Source: Lentimicrobiaceae bacterium
Lineage (GTDB): Bacteria; Bacteroidota; Bacteroidia; Bacteroidales; JALOCA01
Length of the DNA stretch: 64,000 nt
Direction: 5' to 3'
Assembly (NCBI GenBank): GCA_023227965.1
Contig: JALOCA010000005.1
Location: 36,948 to 100,947 of the forward strand
The position numbers and the translations under genes are program-made. Positions 20,101 to 30,390 of this stretch are shown piece by piece. The notes beneath the pieces are model-generated. The model worked only from the letters and a program-made list of their open reading frames with translations, made no database searches and was not told where the DNA came from. The stretch's first letter is position 1. The number at the start of each line of letters is the position of its first letter.

Positions 20101-20609
20101 TTTTTACGAAAGAAATAAGCAAAGGCAAAGGCTGTTCCAAAAATGCAAATCATTGAAAGAAAACCACCTAATGAAAGTACAGCCATTCCGCTAAGTGCCG
20201 AACCGCTGGTACAACCTCTCCCGAACTGGGCACCGTATCCAAAAAGTATTCCGCCTATTAATGCAAGGACTAAACGTTTGCGGGAAGTAATTTTGGGCGA
20301 ATGTTCCACTTTTAGTTTAAGTCTATGCGCAACTACACCTGAAAGAAATCCGCCAACTATAACGCCGAGCATTTCGTAAACCAACCAGGAATTCAATGGA
20401 TTTCCCGGATGAGATGCAGTATATTCTTTATAAAACTTTGCAGAAGAAGCATGTACAGGAGCTACCGTTTGTACTCCTGCTACAATTGTACTTTTCAAGG
20501 CTCCGCTTGCTCCCAAACCTCTTCCTGCAATAAAATTTGCAGCCAGCAAAACCAATCCAAGTAGTACTCCTGCAAGATAAGGATTCATATATTTTGTTTT
20601 CTTTTCCAT
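20091..20609 (-). CDS. YeeE/YedE-family sulfur-compound transporter half (subunit 1)
   Basis: Polytopic protein with 'GRGCTSGSALSG', typical of the Sulf_transp domain. Confidence 0.8.
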   Translation of the reverse strand: MEKKTKYMNPYLAGVLLGLVLLAANFIAGRGLGASGALKSTIVAGVQTVAPVHASSAKFYKEYTASHPGNPLNSWLVYEMLGVIVGGFLSGVVAHRLKLKVEHSPKITSRKRLVLALIGGILFGYGAQFGRGCTSGSALSGMAVLSLGGFLSMICIFGTAFAFAYFFRKNWI

Positions 20610-20655
20610 ATTTTTTTATTTAAATATTATATTTAAAATACTACTACTCTATATA

Positions 20656-21597
20656 TTAATATAACCACCTGCTTTCCTGACCTGCATAAACAATGATGAA
20701 ACGAAGCATCAGGCTTCCAAATAAAATCAAAGCCGGGGCAAGGTAAGTCAGAACTTTGAATTTACGAAATTCCAGAATTTCAAGGACAGCCGGGAAAATC
20801 ATTCCCAACACAACCACAAATAACCAGAACGGAGCAGTCCAAGAACCGCCAAGAAAAAGACGAGCTGCATCTATTTGTACCTGTGTGCTCGACAGAAAGC
20901 CCATAAACATGTGAATTATCAAAAATAGCTCGACACCAATAAGCATAAGGTCAATTTTTGCCAAACTAACTTTTTCTAAATATGATTTGCTCATTATTAT
21001 TATCGCCGCTGCTCCAGCCGAAAGACCAGAGGTAAGAAATAAAGGCCCTAAAATAGAGGTATTCCAAAGTGGTCGAGCGTTGAAAGCAGACAAAAGTATT
21101 CCGGTGTAAACGCCCAGAATAATAGAAGAAATCAACATTATCCAGGAGACGGTAAGAATATATTTCCTGAACAAATCTTCTAATTTCTGCAGCCACAGAT
21201 ATTTCCATTTCCATGAAGGAAAAATTTCCTTAATATTTAATGCACACCAGATAAAAGACAAAGGCGTTACCAGCATTAGCGTCCAAGCTCCCCACGACAT
21301 TGGTGATTGCAAACGAATAGTGGTATACAACTGCCAGAAATATAATTTATGTTTTAAATCCCAAAACAATGCTATAAGTCCAATAATGAGGATTATTGGA
21401 GTTAAAAATGGAGCTATTTTTGTAGTAACATGGTAGTTTTTTTCTTTGCCTAAGATGGTATAAAGCGCAGCAAAAAAAAGAATCCCAGCAGCAAGTCCCC
21501 CTAAAAATAAGTAAAGAGGTATCTGCCAATGCCATATATTTAACTGAGGGTCAATATAAGGGTTCATACGACCGCTGACAATGAGTTCTTCTTTCAT
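20656..21597 (-). CDS. NrfD/PsrC-type membrane anchor subunit
   Basis: 313 aa with about 8 TM helices. Sits directly after the 4Fe-4S subunit, as in Psr/Phs/Ttr operons. Confidence 0.85.
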   Translation of the reverse strand: MKEELIVSGRMNPYIDPQLNIWHWQIPLYLFLGGLAAGILFFAALYTILGKEKNYHVTTKIAPFLTPIILIIGLIALFWDLKHKLYFWQLYTTIRLQSPMSWGAWTLMLVTPLSFIWCALNIKEIFPSWKWKYLWLQKLEDLFRKYILTVSWIMLISSIILGVYTGILLSAFNARPLWNTSILGPLFLTSGLSAGAAAIIIMSKSYLEKVSLAKIDLMLIGVELFLIIHMFMGFLSSTQVQIDAARLFLGGSWTAPFWLFVVVLGMIFPAVLEILEFRKFKVLTYLAPALILFGSLMLRFIIVYAGQESRWLY

Positions 21598-21609
21598 AAT
21601 ACCTTCATT

Positions 21610-22146
21610 TTAAATTAAAAAATAAAGTTGAGGGTCTGTTCCAGCTTCCGGAAGCAGTGTTTTCCATTTATGGTTTTTCAACATCTGCGAAACCGGGCTG
21701 TTCTGATCATCCAAATCTCCAAAATACAAACATTTGGTAGGACAAACAGAAACGCAGGCGGGATCCATTCCATTCTTCACCCTGTTTTCAAGGCAAAATG
21801 TACATTTGCCAACGTAACCATCAGGATGAGTATATCTTGCATCATAAGGGCAGGAAGCGATACAGGCTCCGCAACCAATGCAACGGTGGTGAGTTACCAA
21901 AACAGTGCCACCTTCTTCGTAATGACTGGCGCCTGTAGGACAACACCTTACACAAGGTGCATTGGCACAATGGTTACATCTTTCGGAACGGATTTCGGTT
22001 TCCAACTTCGGGTAGACTCCGTCAGTAATTTCCACAACCCAATCGCAGCAATACCCAATCGGAACATTATTTTCTGTTTGACAGGCTACTACACAATCGC
22101 TGCATCCTACGCATTTTTTTGTATTTACTGCCATTGCGTATCTCAT
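21610..22146 (-). CDS. 4Fe-4S ferredoxin-type electron-transfer subunit (PsrB-like)
   Basis: Four Cys clusters ('CVGCSDCVVAC', 'CNHCANAPCVRCC', 'CIGCGACIASC', 'CTFC..CVSVC'). Overlaps the catalytic subunit gene by 4 nt. Confidence 0.9.
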   Translation of the reverse strand: MRYAMAVNTKKCVGCSDCVVACQTENNVPIGYCCDWVVEITDGVYPKLETEIRSERCNHCANAPCVRCCPTGASHYEEGGTVLVTHHRCIGCGACIASCPYDARYTHPDGYVGKCTFCLENRVKNGMDPACVSVCPTKCLYFGDLDDQNSPVSQMLKNHKWKTLLPEAGTDPQLYFLI

Positions 22147-24383
22147 ACATTCACCTCCTTATTTAATTTAAAGGTTACAAAATTCCCACGCATTCCGGTT
22201 CCACCCATCACGGGGTCGGTCATCACATTGGTAATCAATTCAGAATCGCTTATACCACGTCCGTAAGCACGGCTTAATTTTTTATTAGAATGTCCAAATC
22301 CATGTACCATGTACACACTATCCCAACGAATTCGCTCGGTAATACGTACTTTTATCGAGAAAGAAGAAACCACTCCATCCTGATTTTGCAAATATACATA
22401 CTGGTCTTTTTTCAGACTCCATTCTTTTGCCGTTTTAGGATTTACCCAAAGAACATTTTCATCCATCAGATCAGCAAGGTACGGATTATTAGCAGTACGG
22501 CTGAAAGTATGCATGGGTGCACGGCCAAAATTTAAACGATAAAATCCCTGTGGTGGTTCAGGATGAAAAGTATAAACCGGAAGTGGATCAAAGCCGGTAG
22601 ATGCAAGCAAAGTGGAATACAATTCTATTTTGCCAGAAGGCGTATCAAAAATCATTTCAGCGCCTTCGGTCAGGTACAGATTTTCTTCCTGACGAGGGAA
22701 AACCTTCACCCCGATTTTTTTCATTTCTTCAAGTGAGGTACCCAACCGTTTAAGTTTCCAATCTATCTCTTCTTCAATAGTTTCAAAAGGGAAATAGGCT
22801 TCGAGATTTAATTTTTTTGCCAGTTGGCGTGCCATCCAGGCAGCTGGTTTAGTGCTGTAAAGTGGCTCGGTAGCTGGCATGCGCAATGCGATTGCTGGAA
22901 TACGCTGTTCCGCAGCCCGGATATCATCATAACGTTCAATATAAGTACATTCCGGAAGTACAATGTCTGCCAAACCACAAATTTCCATCGGCATGGTATC
23001 AATAGTTACCAGCAAATCGAGGTTCTGAATTGCTTTCAGTGTTTTCGCCTTATCGGGAAGGGTGTTGATCAGATTTGTACCTATTACAAACCATCCTTTT
23101 ATCAATTTATCCTTTCCTTTTTCCGGGATGGAAGCTTCCACCAATGCATTGGTAACACCGGCGTTTGCCAAAGGATAACGTCCGGCATTGGCATCTTCCC
23201 AACTCCAGGCGGGCTTTGGAAATTCTGGCAAAGAGATTTCAGGAACCTGCACATAATCAGGAAAGAAAAATCCACCCCTGCGACCCCAGGAACCCAACAG
23301 GGCATTTAAAATAGCAATACACCTAATACGTTGTACATCATCTCCATACCAGGTTGCGTAGCGACCAGGATGTACCAAAACAGCCGGAGAAGCATTGTAC
23401 ATTTCTTTTGCCGTTTTGCGAATTACATCGGGAACAATGGTGGTAATGCCATACGCCCATTCCGGTGTAAAAGGTTCAATATACTTTGCAAGTTCATCGA
23501 AACCATTAGTATATTTCTCCACATAGGCTTTGTCGTACCAGCTTTCCTTTATCAAAACATGAATCCAGGAAAGAAGAAGGGCAATGTCAGTAGCGGGTTT
23601 AATTGGCAGCCAGAATTTGGATTTACCTGCGGCTGTGGAAAAACGTGGATCAACGGTAATCACTGTGCAACCTTTATCTATGGCATCCGACATTTCCTGT
23701 ACCTGCCCATTGTGCATGTTTTCACCGAGGTGAGAACCAATAAGCACCAGACATTTTGAATTGCGGATGTCGAGAGGTTCCGGAGAATGCAATTCTGTAC
23801 CGAAAGTAGCAAGGAAAGCTGTTTCCCTCGGTCCTTTGCATTGGGCATAAGAAGGAACGGCAATATTTGTTGTACCAAAGGCATTTAACAAGGTTGTAAA
23901 ATACCTGCCGCCGGAACCATGTTTAAATAAAGCTATGCTCTCCGGTCCATGCTTAGTAGCTATCTCTTTCATTTTCTTTGCGATGTACTCAAAGGCTTCG
24001 TCCCAGGTTGCTTCCCGAAACAACTGTTTTCCCCGTTCGGAAGTTCGGATGAGAGGAGTTTTCAGCCTGTCGCTATCGTAATACATTCCAACGCCACCGG
24101 TTCCTCGTGGACAAAGTCGGCCATTACAATGTGGATCATCCTCATTTCCTGTAACTTTCCAAATATTTCCCTCATCATTTTTATAAACCCAGCCAGCACA
24201 TTGCCAGAAACAGACTTCGCAATAAGTCGGGGTACGCGATGCTGTATTTTTGGAAGAGAGCAATCCTCCTGCAATTCCCTGTAAAACTGATGATCCCTTT
24301 ACCCATTGCAAGCCTCCACCAGCAAGGGCAAGTCCACCTATGCCCATGGCAGATATTTTAATAAATTGTCTCCTGGTCTTCAT
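22143..24383 (-). CDS. Tat-exported molybdopterin oxidoreductase catalytic subunit (polysulfide/thiosulfate reductase-like)
   Basis: Twin-arginine signal 'TRRQFIKISAMG'. N-terminal FeS motif 'CEVCFWQC..C'. 746 aa with MopB-family architecture. The substrate is not determinable from the sequence. Confidence 0.88.
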   Translation of the reverse strand: MKTRRQFIKISAMGIGGLALAGGGLQWVKGSSVLQGIAGGLLSSKNTASRTPTYCEVCFWQCAGWVYKNDEGNIWKVTGNEDDPHCNGRLCPRGTGGVGMYYDSDRLKTPLIRTSERGKQLFREATWDEAFEYIAKKMKEIATKHGPESIALFKHGSGGRYFTTLLNAFGTTNIAVPSYAQCKGPRETAFLATFGTELHSPEPLDIRNSKCLVLIGSHLGENMHNGQVQEMSDAIDKGCTVITVDPRFSTAAGKSKFWLPIKPATDIALLLSWIHVLIKESWYDKAYVEKYTNGFDELAKYIEPFTPEWAYGITTIVPDVIRKTAKEMYNASPAVLVHPGRYATWYGDDVQRIRCIAILNALLGSWGRRGGFFFPDYVQVPEISLPEFPKPAWSWEDANAGRYPLANAGVTNALVEASIPEKGKDKLIKGWFVIGTNLINTLPDKAKTLKAIQNLDLLVTIDTMPMEICGLADIVLPECTYIERYDDIRAAEQRIPAIALRMPATEPLYSTKPAAWMARQLAKKLNLEAYFPFETIEEEIDWKLKRLGTSLEEMKKIGVKVFPRQEENLYLTEGAEMIFDTPSGKIELYSTLLASTGFDPLPVYTFHPEPPQGFYRLNFGRAPMHTFSRTANNPYLADLMDENVLWVNPKTAKEWSLKKDQYVYLQNQDGVVSSFSIKVRITERIRWDSVYMVHGFGHSNKKLSRAYGRGISDSELITNVMTDPVMGGTGMRGNFVTFKLNKEVNV

Positions 24384-24708
24384 ATATTTTTGAATAATAA
24401 TATATATACTTATTTATATATATTTAAGTAACTTCAAAACAAAGGTATAACAATAACTTTTGCTTACCAAATATATATAATATTTGTAAATATGAGACTG
24501 TTGCAAAAGTTGCGTTTTATTTATTTTCCGACTATGCCCAAAATTACAACCTACTATTAATCAGTTGTCAGACTGAGTATCGTCGAAGCCTGAAAAGGCT
24601 TCTGCAACGGTATCAATATGTTGGAAATAAATATTTTATCTTAAATAGATATTTATTAAAAAATGATTATCAAGTGTATAATATTTCTATTTAGAAAAAA
24701 TATAAATT

Positions 24709-25923
24709 TTACTGTTTAGAAATATTTTTACTGTTTTCCCTGAAGGTCTCTAACCACTCGCCGGCATAAAGAACTGTTTTCGCAAGAGAACGAAATGGAT
24801 GCCTGAAAAAAGTGTTGGGTGCTGCAAGTTGCTGTATCATAGCAGGAAGACTGTTGAATGCAAGAGAAACAGACAAATAGATATTTTTTAATCCTCTTTT
24901 AAATAAAAAGGCTTTGATCAGAGGATTTTTTAATTCGATGCTGATGGAAGAAAAGCCTATGACCACCAAAATAGCCCTTATATCCATTTCAATGCCGACC
25001 ATCACTCCCTGCCAATGGATTATTCCTTCTTTAAATGCTGTTTCTCTCCAAAATATTCCTGACAGCAACGTCAGTATTAATAACTGAATCCAAAATATAC
25101 GTTTTTTTAATCTTTTTATTACTGATTTATAATAAAATATACAAAAAGCCAAATAAAGGACAATAAAAGTCATGCCTATCCACAGTTTAGTATATTCCAA
25201 CAAAATCAGTCCTATAGGTATCGAAAGTAGGTTCAAAATAAACAGGAACAAACTAAAAGTTTGTTCAGAATTTAAAAGAAATATATCCCTGTTATCCGCA
25301 TTTTTTATTAAGATATTTTGAGGTTCATTTTTAAATTTCCGGGCTTTGTTTCCAATCAACCAACCAGTAATTGAAGCTAAAACACCCAAAATAACATAAA
25401 TACTTATCAGTGCGTTTACAACCGCCCATGGATCTCCGTGTTGAATTCCCAATTGTTTACAGGCAAAATAGAAAATATTCAGGTAAATTTTCAGCACATT
25501 GAATCCATAAAGTACCAGAAGGCTGAAAATTTTATGCATCAAGGCACTTAAAACCGCCAAAACGCCTCCGACTATCATTGCTGCAAGATTTTTTCCGGCA
25601 ATAATTGTGGTAAATTCGAGTAACAGGGCTTCGAGCATGATCCCTATCATGGGACCCAATATTACCGAGCTGGGCGAAATGGATTTCATCAGTGCACATA
25701 CCAAACCAGCCCTCCAAAACAATCCTTTTTCTTTCCATATTCTTGAAAATGCAACCAATACCATCACTCCGAAAGCAGCAAGTATGGAGCCGGCAAATGG
25801 AATCCGTAAATTATGCAAAAAACTACCTACGATTATTTCCACCGAAGCCCACAAACCACCGATTACGGAGGCTTTCAGCCAAATATCGGGAAGTGAATGA
25901 TGGGGTTTTTCTTCTTTTATCAT
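24709..25923 (-). CDS. Polytopic membrane protein of unknown function (two hydrophobic modules)
   Basis: Roughly 10-12 predicted TM segments. The ORF extends to 26007 but would then overlap mobA by 70 nt. In-frame ATGs at 25953 and 25923 are more plausible starts. Confidence 0.55.
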   Translation of the reverse strand: MIKEEKPHHSLPDIWLKASVIGGLWASVEIIVGSFLHNLRIPFAGSILAAFGVMVLVAFSRIWKEKGLFWRAGLVCALMKSISPSSVILGPMIGIMLEALLLEFTTIIAGKNLAAMIVGGVLAVLSALMHKIFSLLVLYGFNVLKIYLNIFYFACKQLGIQHGDPWAVVNALISIYVILGVLASITGWLIGNKARKFKNEPQNILIKNADNRDIFLLNSEQTFSLFLFILNLLSIPIGLILLEYTKLWIGMTFIVLYLAFCIFYYKSVIKRLKKRIFWIQLLILTLLSGIFWRETAFKEGIIHWQGVMVGIEMDIRAILVVIGFSSISIELKNPLIKAFLFKRGLKNIYLSVSLAFNSLPAMIQQLAAPNTFFRHPFRSLAKTVLYAGEWLETFRENSKNISKQ

Positions 25924-25936
25924 ACCTTTTCCATGT

Positions 25937-26506
25937 TCAGCAAATAAGGTCATCAAAGGTATTGATGTTCCAGAAAATTTTTCTCCTGTAAAAAGAAATA
26001 TCCTCACTGATACATACTTTTTTTACCTGCAAGGCATTAAGCAGTTTATTCATCGCATATTCTTCCTGCCGGAGAAATTTTTCAAAAACCGGGAGGGTGG
26101 TTTTATGGTAAACAGCACAAAGAGGCTCTATTTTATTATCAACTGATTCTGCTACAATTGTATTTTCACCTTCGGCAAAGCTAAGAAGATATCGTACCAA
26201 TTCAGCCGACACTCCTGGCATGTCGCATGGCAAAACCACGTTCCTTTCGCAGGAAGAATGTTTCAGGCAGGAATAAATGCCGCCCATAGGACCTGTATCG
26301 GGAAAAATGTCTTCAATCACCAGGAAACCAAACTGGGAATAAATGTCATCGTTGGCACTAATCAGGATATCAGAGCATTCTTCTGTTAGTGCTTCGATGG
26401 CATATTCAATCAAATATTTGTTTTTGTATTTAACAAATGCCTTATCGTTACCCATTCGGCTGCTTTTACCGCCGGCAAGAATGATTCCGGTTACATTTCC
26501 GGACAT
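25937..26506 (-). CDS. mobA: Molybdenum cofactor guanylyltransferase
   Basis: 'GIILAGGKSSRMG', 'PMGGIYSCL' and 'LPCDMP' blocks of MobA. Confidence 0.85.
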   Translation of the reverse strand: MSGNVTGIILAGGKSSRMGNDKAFVKYKNKYLIEYAIEALTEECSDILISANDDIYSQFGFLVIEDIFPDTGPMGGIYSCLKHSSCERNVVLPCDMPGVSAELVRYLLSFAEGENTIVAESVDNKIEPLCAVYHKTTLPVFEKFLRQEEYAMNKLLNALQVKKVCISEDISFYRRKIFWNINTFDDLIC

Positions 26507-26507
26507 T

Positions 26508-27764
26508 TTATTCTAAAATAGCCTTTACACCCGGAAGAACTTTTCCTTCAATGTATTCGAGCATCGCTCCACCACCAGTAGATACATAACTAATTTTATC
26601 GTAAAGTTTAAAACGATTAATTGCAGATACTGAATCACCACCACCTACCAGCGAATAGGCTCCGTTTGTGGTAACTTTGGCAATCGCCTGCGCAATCGCT
26701 TTGGTTCCTTTTTCAAAGTTGCACAATTCAAATACGCCCATAGGACCATTCCAAAGAATGGTTTTGGAATCCATGATGGTTTTTTCAAATAATTTTATGC
26801 TTTCCGGGCCAATATCCAATCCCATCCAGCCATCAGGCACCTCGTGTGAAGAGCAAATCTGGCGTTCGGCATCATTGGCAAAAGCATTGGCAACCACATT
26901 GTCAACAGGAAGTAGAATATTAACATTCATTACCTTAGCCCCTTCCAGGATATTTTTTGCCAATTCCACAAAGTCGTTTTCTACCAGCGAGCCACCTACT
27001 TTTCCGCCCATGGCTTTAATAAAAGTATAAGTCATTCCTCCACCTATAATAAGATTATCAACCTTGTCCATCAGGTGGTTGATGATTTCTATTTTGGAGG
27101 AAACCTTAGCTCCGCCCAGAATGGTAGTAAACGGACGTTCGGAATAATCAAGCACTTTTTGCAGCGCTTTCACTTCGCTTTCCATCAGGTACCCGAACAT
27201 TTTATCGTTAGGAAAATATTCAGCAATCAGGGTTGTGGAAGCATGGGCGCGGTGAGCCGTTCCGAAAGCATCATTTACATAGCAATCGCCAAGTGCAGCC
27301 AGTTTTTTTGTGAAATTTTTCTGGGATTCCTTCATTGCTGCTTTTGCAGCTTTCTTTTCTTCTTCGGTAATCGTTTCGGGCAAACGTGGTTTTCCTTCTT
27401 CTTCAGCATAATAACGAAGATTTTCAAGCAGTAGTACTTCACCAGGCTGCAATCCGGCGGAAAGTTCAACGGCGGACTGTCCGATGCAATCGTTAGCAAA
27501 TTTCACCGCTATTTCCAACTTTTCACTAAGGTATGTCAACACATGTTTCAGCGAAAGTTTATTTTCAGTTCCGGTTTTAGGTCTGCCAAGGTGCGACATA
27601 AGAATAACAGCTCCCCCGGAAGCCAATATTTTTTTAATAGTGGGTAAAGCCGTATCTATACGGGTGGTATCGGTAATTTTCTGGCTATCGTCTAATGGCA
27701 CGTTAAAATCAACACGAACTAATACCTTTTTAGTCGTAAAATTATAATTGTCAATTGTTTTCAT
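26508..27764 (-). CDS. pgk: Phosphoglycerate kinase
   Basis: 'RVDFNVPL', 'SHLGRPK', '[10 protein letters not shown]' and 'STGGGA' motifs. Confidence 0.97.
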   Translation of the reverse strand: MKTIDNYNFTTKKVLVRVDFNVPLDDSQKITDTTRIDTALPTIKKILASGGAVILMSHLGRPKTGTENKLSLKHVLTYLSEKLEIAVKFANDCIGQSAVELSAGLQPGEVLLLENLRYYAEEEGKPRLPETITEEEKKAAKAAMKESQKNFTKKLAALGDCYVNDAFGTAHRAHASTTLIAEYFPNDKMFGYLMESEVKALQKVLDYSERPFTTILGGAKVSSKIEIINHLMDKVDNLIIGGGMTYTFIKAMGGKVGGSLVENDFVELAKNILEGAKVMNVNILLPVDNVVANAFANDAERQICSSHEVPDGWMGLDIGPESIKLFEKTIMDSKTILWNGPMGVFELCNFEKGTKAIAQAIAKVTTNGAYSLVGGGDSVSAINRFKLYDKISYVSTGGGAMLEYIEGKVLPGVKAILE

Positions 27765-27959
27765 AAAATATTATTTTTAGGTTATTTAAAAACAAATTTA
27801 GTAAAATGGCTAATTCTGATTTCTATGTTTTGTATTTTTGCTGTAATATCTTTTATACAATGAATACTAATCTGTATACTTCAAGCATTTTTTACTACAA
27901 TACGGTAACAATTTCTACTGTTTTACAAAAATAAGCATTTGTGTTTATTTTTTTATAGA

Positions 27960-29057
27960 TTATTGATGCTTTATTACCTCCTTGTAAATTTGGAGTGTTT
28001 TTTTTGCCATTTCGCTTGTGGAAAAATCCTGTAAAAGCAAAAATGCATTTTCAATCAGATTTTCCTTTAATTGTGGCTCGTTGAGTAACGTTAAAACAGC
28101 GCTGGCAAGTTTTTCAGGAGCTTTTACGGGTGCCAGCAATCCGGTAACTCTATCGCGGACAATTTCGGGAATTCCTCCGGCTGCCGTTGCTACCACCGGA
28201 ACCCGGCAGGCAAATGCATCCAGCAAAGTGGTTCCCAATCCCTCTGTTTCCGATGTAATTAAAAATACATCCAATTCGGGCAGTATTTCGGGAATATTGG
28301 ATAAAAATCCGGTAAGTATGATGCGGTTTTCCAAACCTTTTTTACAAATATAATTACGAATATTTTCCTTTTCCGGTCCGTCGCCGATGATAAAAAACCG
28401 GAAATCAGGATTAATTTGCGAAAGGAGCTCTGCCGTATCCACAAAAGTGTAATAGTCCTTATGTGGGGCAATTGCTGAGACATTACCGATGAGCAAATTT
28501 TTTTCAGTAAGTTGGTATTGTTTCCGTAAAATACCATGGCTATTGGCTTTGGCAAAACGTTGCAGGTCAATGCCTGAATAAATGGTTACCAACTTTTTTT
28601 TGTTCCGGATGTCCTTTCCAGTGATTTCCCTGATCTTGTCCGACACGCAAAGTATTCTCTTTACTCCAGGATGGTTATATTTAACCTGTGAAAAAACATT
28701 TTTCCCGATGGGAAAATCCACCCTGCGGTGAACCACCAACGGAGCCTTGTTCAAAAAAAAGAAAGCCGAAATGACAGCTGCAGTATGGGCATGGCTGTCG
28801 TGGGTATGCAGAATAGCTCCGGCATATTTCCGGCAGAGGCAGGTAAGCCGGTAAGCAAGCCAGAGCTTGAAAAAGATGCGGCAGCGAAAAGTCGAAACCG
28901 TAATCCCTTTTTCCCGGCAGAATTTTTCCAGCGGAGAATTCAGCGGACAAACCACTACCTGTGGAATACCTAAAACGGCAAATTCTGTGGCAAGATATGC
29001 CACCTGCTGCTCACCGCCACGCCAGGTGTCTGGGGTAGAAACATGGATAATGGTCAT
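27960..29057 (-). CDS. Glycosyltransferase family 4 (GT-B)
   Basis: C-terminal 'TSETEGLGTTLLDAFACRVPVVATAAGGIPEIV' block. Overlaps the GT2 gene by 4 nt. Confidence 0.85.
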   Translation of the reverse strand: MTIIHVSTPDTWRGGEQQVAYLATEFAVLGIPQVVVCPLNSPLEKFCREKGITVSTFRCRIFFKLWLAYRLTCLCRKYAGAILHTHDSHAHTAAVISAFFFLNKAPLVVHRRVDFPIGKNVFSQVKYNHPGVKRILCVSDKIREITGKDIRNKKKLVTIYSGIDLQRFAKANSHGILRKQYQLTEKNLLIGNVSAIAPHKDYYTFVDTAELLSQINPDFRFFIIGDGPEKENIRNYICKKGLENRIILTGFLSNIPEILPELDVFLITSETEGLGTTLLDAFACRVPVVATAAGGIPEIVRDRVTGLLAPVKAPEKLASAVLTLLNEPQLKENLIENAFLLLQDFSTSEMAKKTLQIYKEVIKHQ

Positions 29058-29824
29058 AGCCTGCTGCTTTTTGTTCCTTTTTGCAAAGAAAAAAGCTTTA
29101 CATATTTCAAAAAAACAGCAAAAGACGATACACGGGCAATGAGGTAGCCATAGTAGCCGTCGCGAAAACCTTGTTTTACTATATAAATCTTTATAAACCT
29201 TGCCAAAGGCTTAAACAGAATTTTACAAATACTGCTTTTAATGCCTTTCTCGTGCATTGCTTTGGCTGCAACAGTAGAAAATTTCTGTACCTGTTGCAGG
29301 TGATCGTCAAAAGTATAATAGGAATAATGCAGTAGGTTACCATTAAGGTGAAAAATAGCAGCATCTTTTCTCATTTCAAACCGGTCGTGCGGATTGATAC
29401 CTGTCCATTTGCCCTTCCGGCTGTCCCATAGCCTGAGTTTGGTATCGGGATACCAGCCACAGTGATATATCCATTTGCCACAATAATTAGTCAGCCGGTA
29501 CATGGTATAGCCATCGGCTTTCCAGTTGCTTTTTATGTTTTTGATGGATTGTATCAGTTCAGGGCTAAGGGCTTCATCAGCATCCAGCGAAAGAATGTGT
29601 GGATATTTAGCCTGTGTATTGGCAAAATTCTTTTGTTCGATATATCCTAAAAAATCTTGTTCCACAAAGCGAATCGCTTTTGCAATACATATTTCCTTTG
29701 TTTTATCGGTGGAAAAAGAATCTACTACTACAATGTCGTCGGCTATTTCTTTAACCGAATCAATACATCTGCCGATGTTTTTTTCTTCGTTCAGGGTGAT
29801 GATGACAACAGAAAGCGGAACCAT
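29054..29824 (-). CDS. Glycosyltransferase family 2
   Basis: 'LSVVIITLNEEKNI', 'VVDSFSTD' and 'SLDADE'. The start is moved to 'MVPLSVV' because a terminator hairpin occupies 29897-29928. Confidence 0.85.
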   Translation of the reverse strand: MVPLSVVIITLNEEKNIGRCIDSVKEIADDIVVVDSFSTDKTKEICIAKAIRFVEQDFLGYIEQKNFANTQAKYPHILSLDADEALSPELIQSIKNIKSNWKADGYTMYRLTNYCGKWIYHCGWYPDTKLRLWDSRKGKWTGINPHDRFEMRKDAAIFHLNGNLLHYSYYTFDDHLQQVQKFSTVAAKAMHEKGIKSSICKILFKPLARFIKIYIVKQGFRDGYYGYLIARVSSFAVFLKYVKLFSLQKGTKSSRL

Positions 29825-29896
29825 AAAAAATAAATAATTTCCAAAAATAAGAAGAAATCGGCGAAAAACAATAGATGCTGCTCTTGCTGTATTTAA

Positions 29897-29928
29897 CAAA
29901 AAAAACCGCTGTATAGATCAACAGCGGT
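29897..29928 (-). terminator. Intrinsic terminator after the 29953..30390 gene
   Basis: Stem accgctgt / acagcggt with an 8-nt loop. On the minus strand it is followed by a run of 8 or more T. Confidence 0.7.
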
Positions 29929-29952
29929 TTTCCATGGTTTTGGTTGGTTAAA

Positions 29953-30390
29953 TTATTTCAATCCGAAGAAAGAAAGTACATTGGCAGTATTTTTTTCATC
30001 CAATTGCAGCACATATCGCTCATCTTCAAAAATATAAAAATCGGTTACCGCTTGCCCGGAAGGTAAAAAACTGTCGTATTTGTAAATTGAAAACCCGTTT
30101 CTTACGGCAAGTAATTCCATCCAAACAGTTTTACCTGTGGGCTTGTTGTCCTGCATTTCGGGCATTTTCATGTAAACGTTTCCGTTTTTGCAGTATCCAT
30201 AAATGTCATCATTGTTGATACTCCTGCGTTCACCATCAGAGGTTACTATGCGGGTGTTGTACATACCCATGTTGAGTTTTGTAGCATACACTATGCCTTT
30301 AGAAGTAAGGACATAACTGAATTTGGGTACGCCTGCAAAAGTAGCAAAGCTTACCACAGCGAGAATGGCAAAAAGCATTAATTTTTTCAT
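29953..30390 (-). CDS. Hypothetical secreted protein
   Basis: 145 aa with a signal peptide ('FAILAVVSFATFA'), followed by a terminator. No family recognised. Confidence 0.55.
   Translation of the reverse strand: MKKLMLFAILAVVSFATFAGVPKFSYVLTSKGIVYATKLNMGMYNTRIVTSDGERRSINNDDIYGYCKNGNVYMKMPEMQDNKPTGKTVWMELLAVRNGFSIYKYDSFLPSGQAVTDFYIFEDERYVLQLDEKNTANVLSFFGLK

Noticed and set aside
21628-22266. 212-aa plus-strand ORF antisense to the 4Fe-4S subunit gene. Many similar antisense ORFs exist, e.g. 8375..8779, 22824..23309, 30708..31223 and 46656..47048.
   Set aside because: These are shadow ORFs opposite strongly supported genes. Their translations are low-complexity with no motifs, and they have no independent start or promoter context.
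24586-24603. Hairpin gaagcc-tgaaaa-ggcttc in the 325-nt gap upstream of psrA. I considered a terminator or a Moco riboswitch.
   Set aside because: There is no T-run on either strand, the stem is short at 6 bp, and I see no resemblance to the Moco RNA motif. The call is left open for lack of evidence.
24709-26007. A 70-nt overlap between the membrane-protein ORF and mobA could be a real overlapping gene arrangement.
   Set aside because: In-frame ATGs at 25953 and 25923 remove most or all of the overlap. The extra N-terminal 18-28 aa have no signal or TM character.
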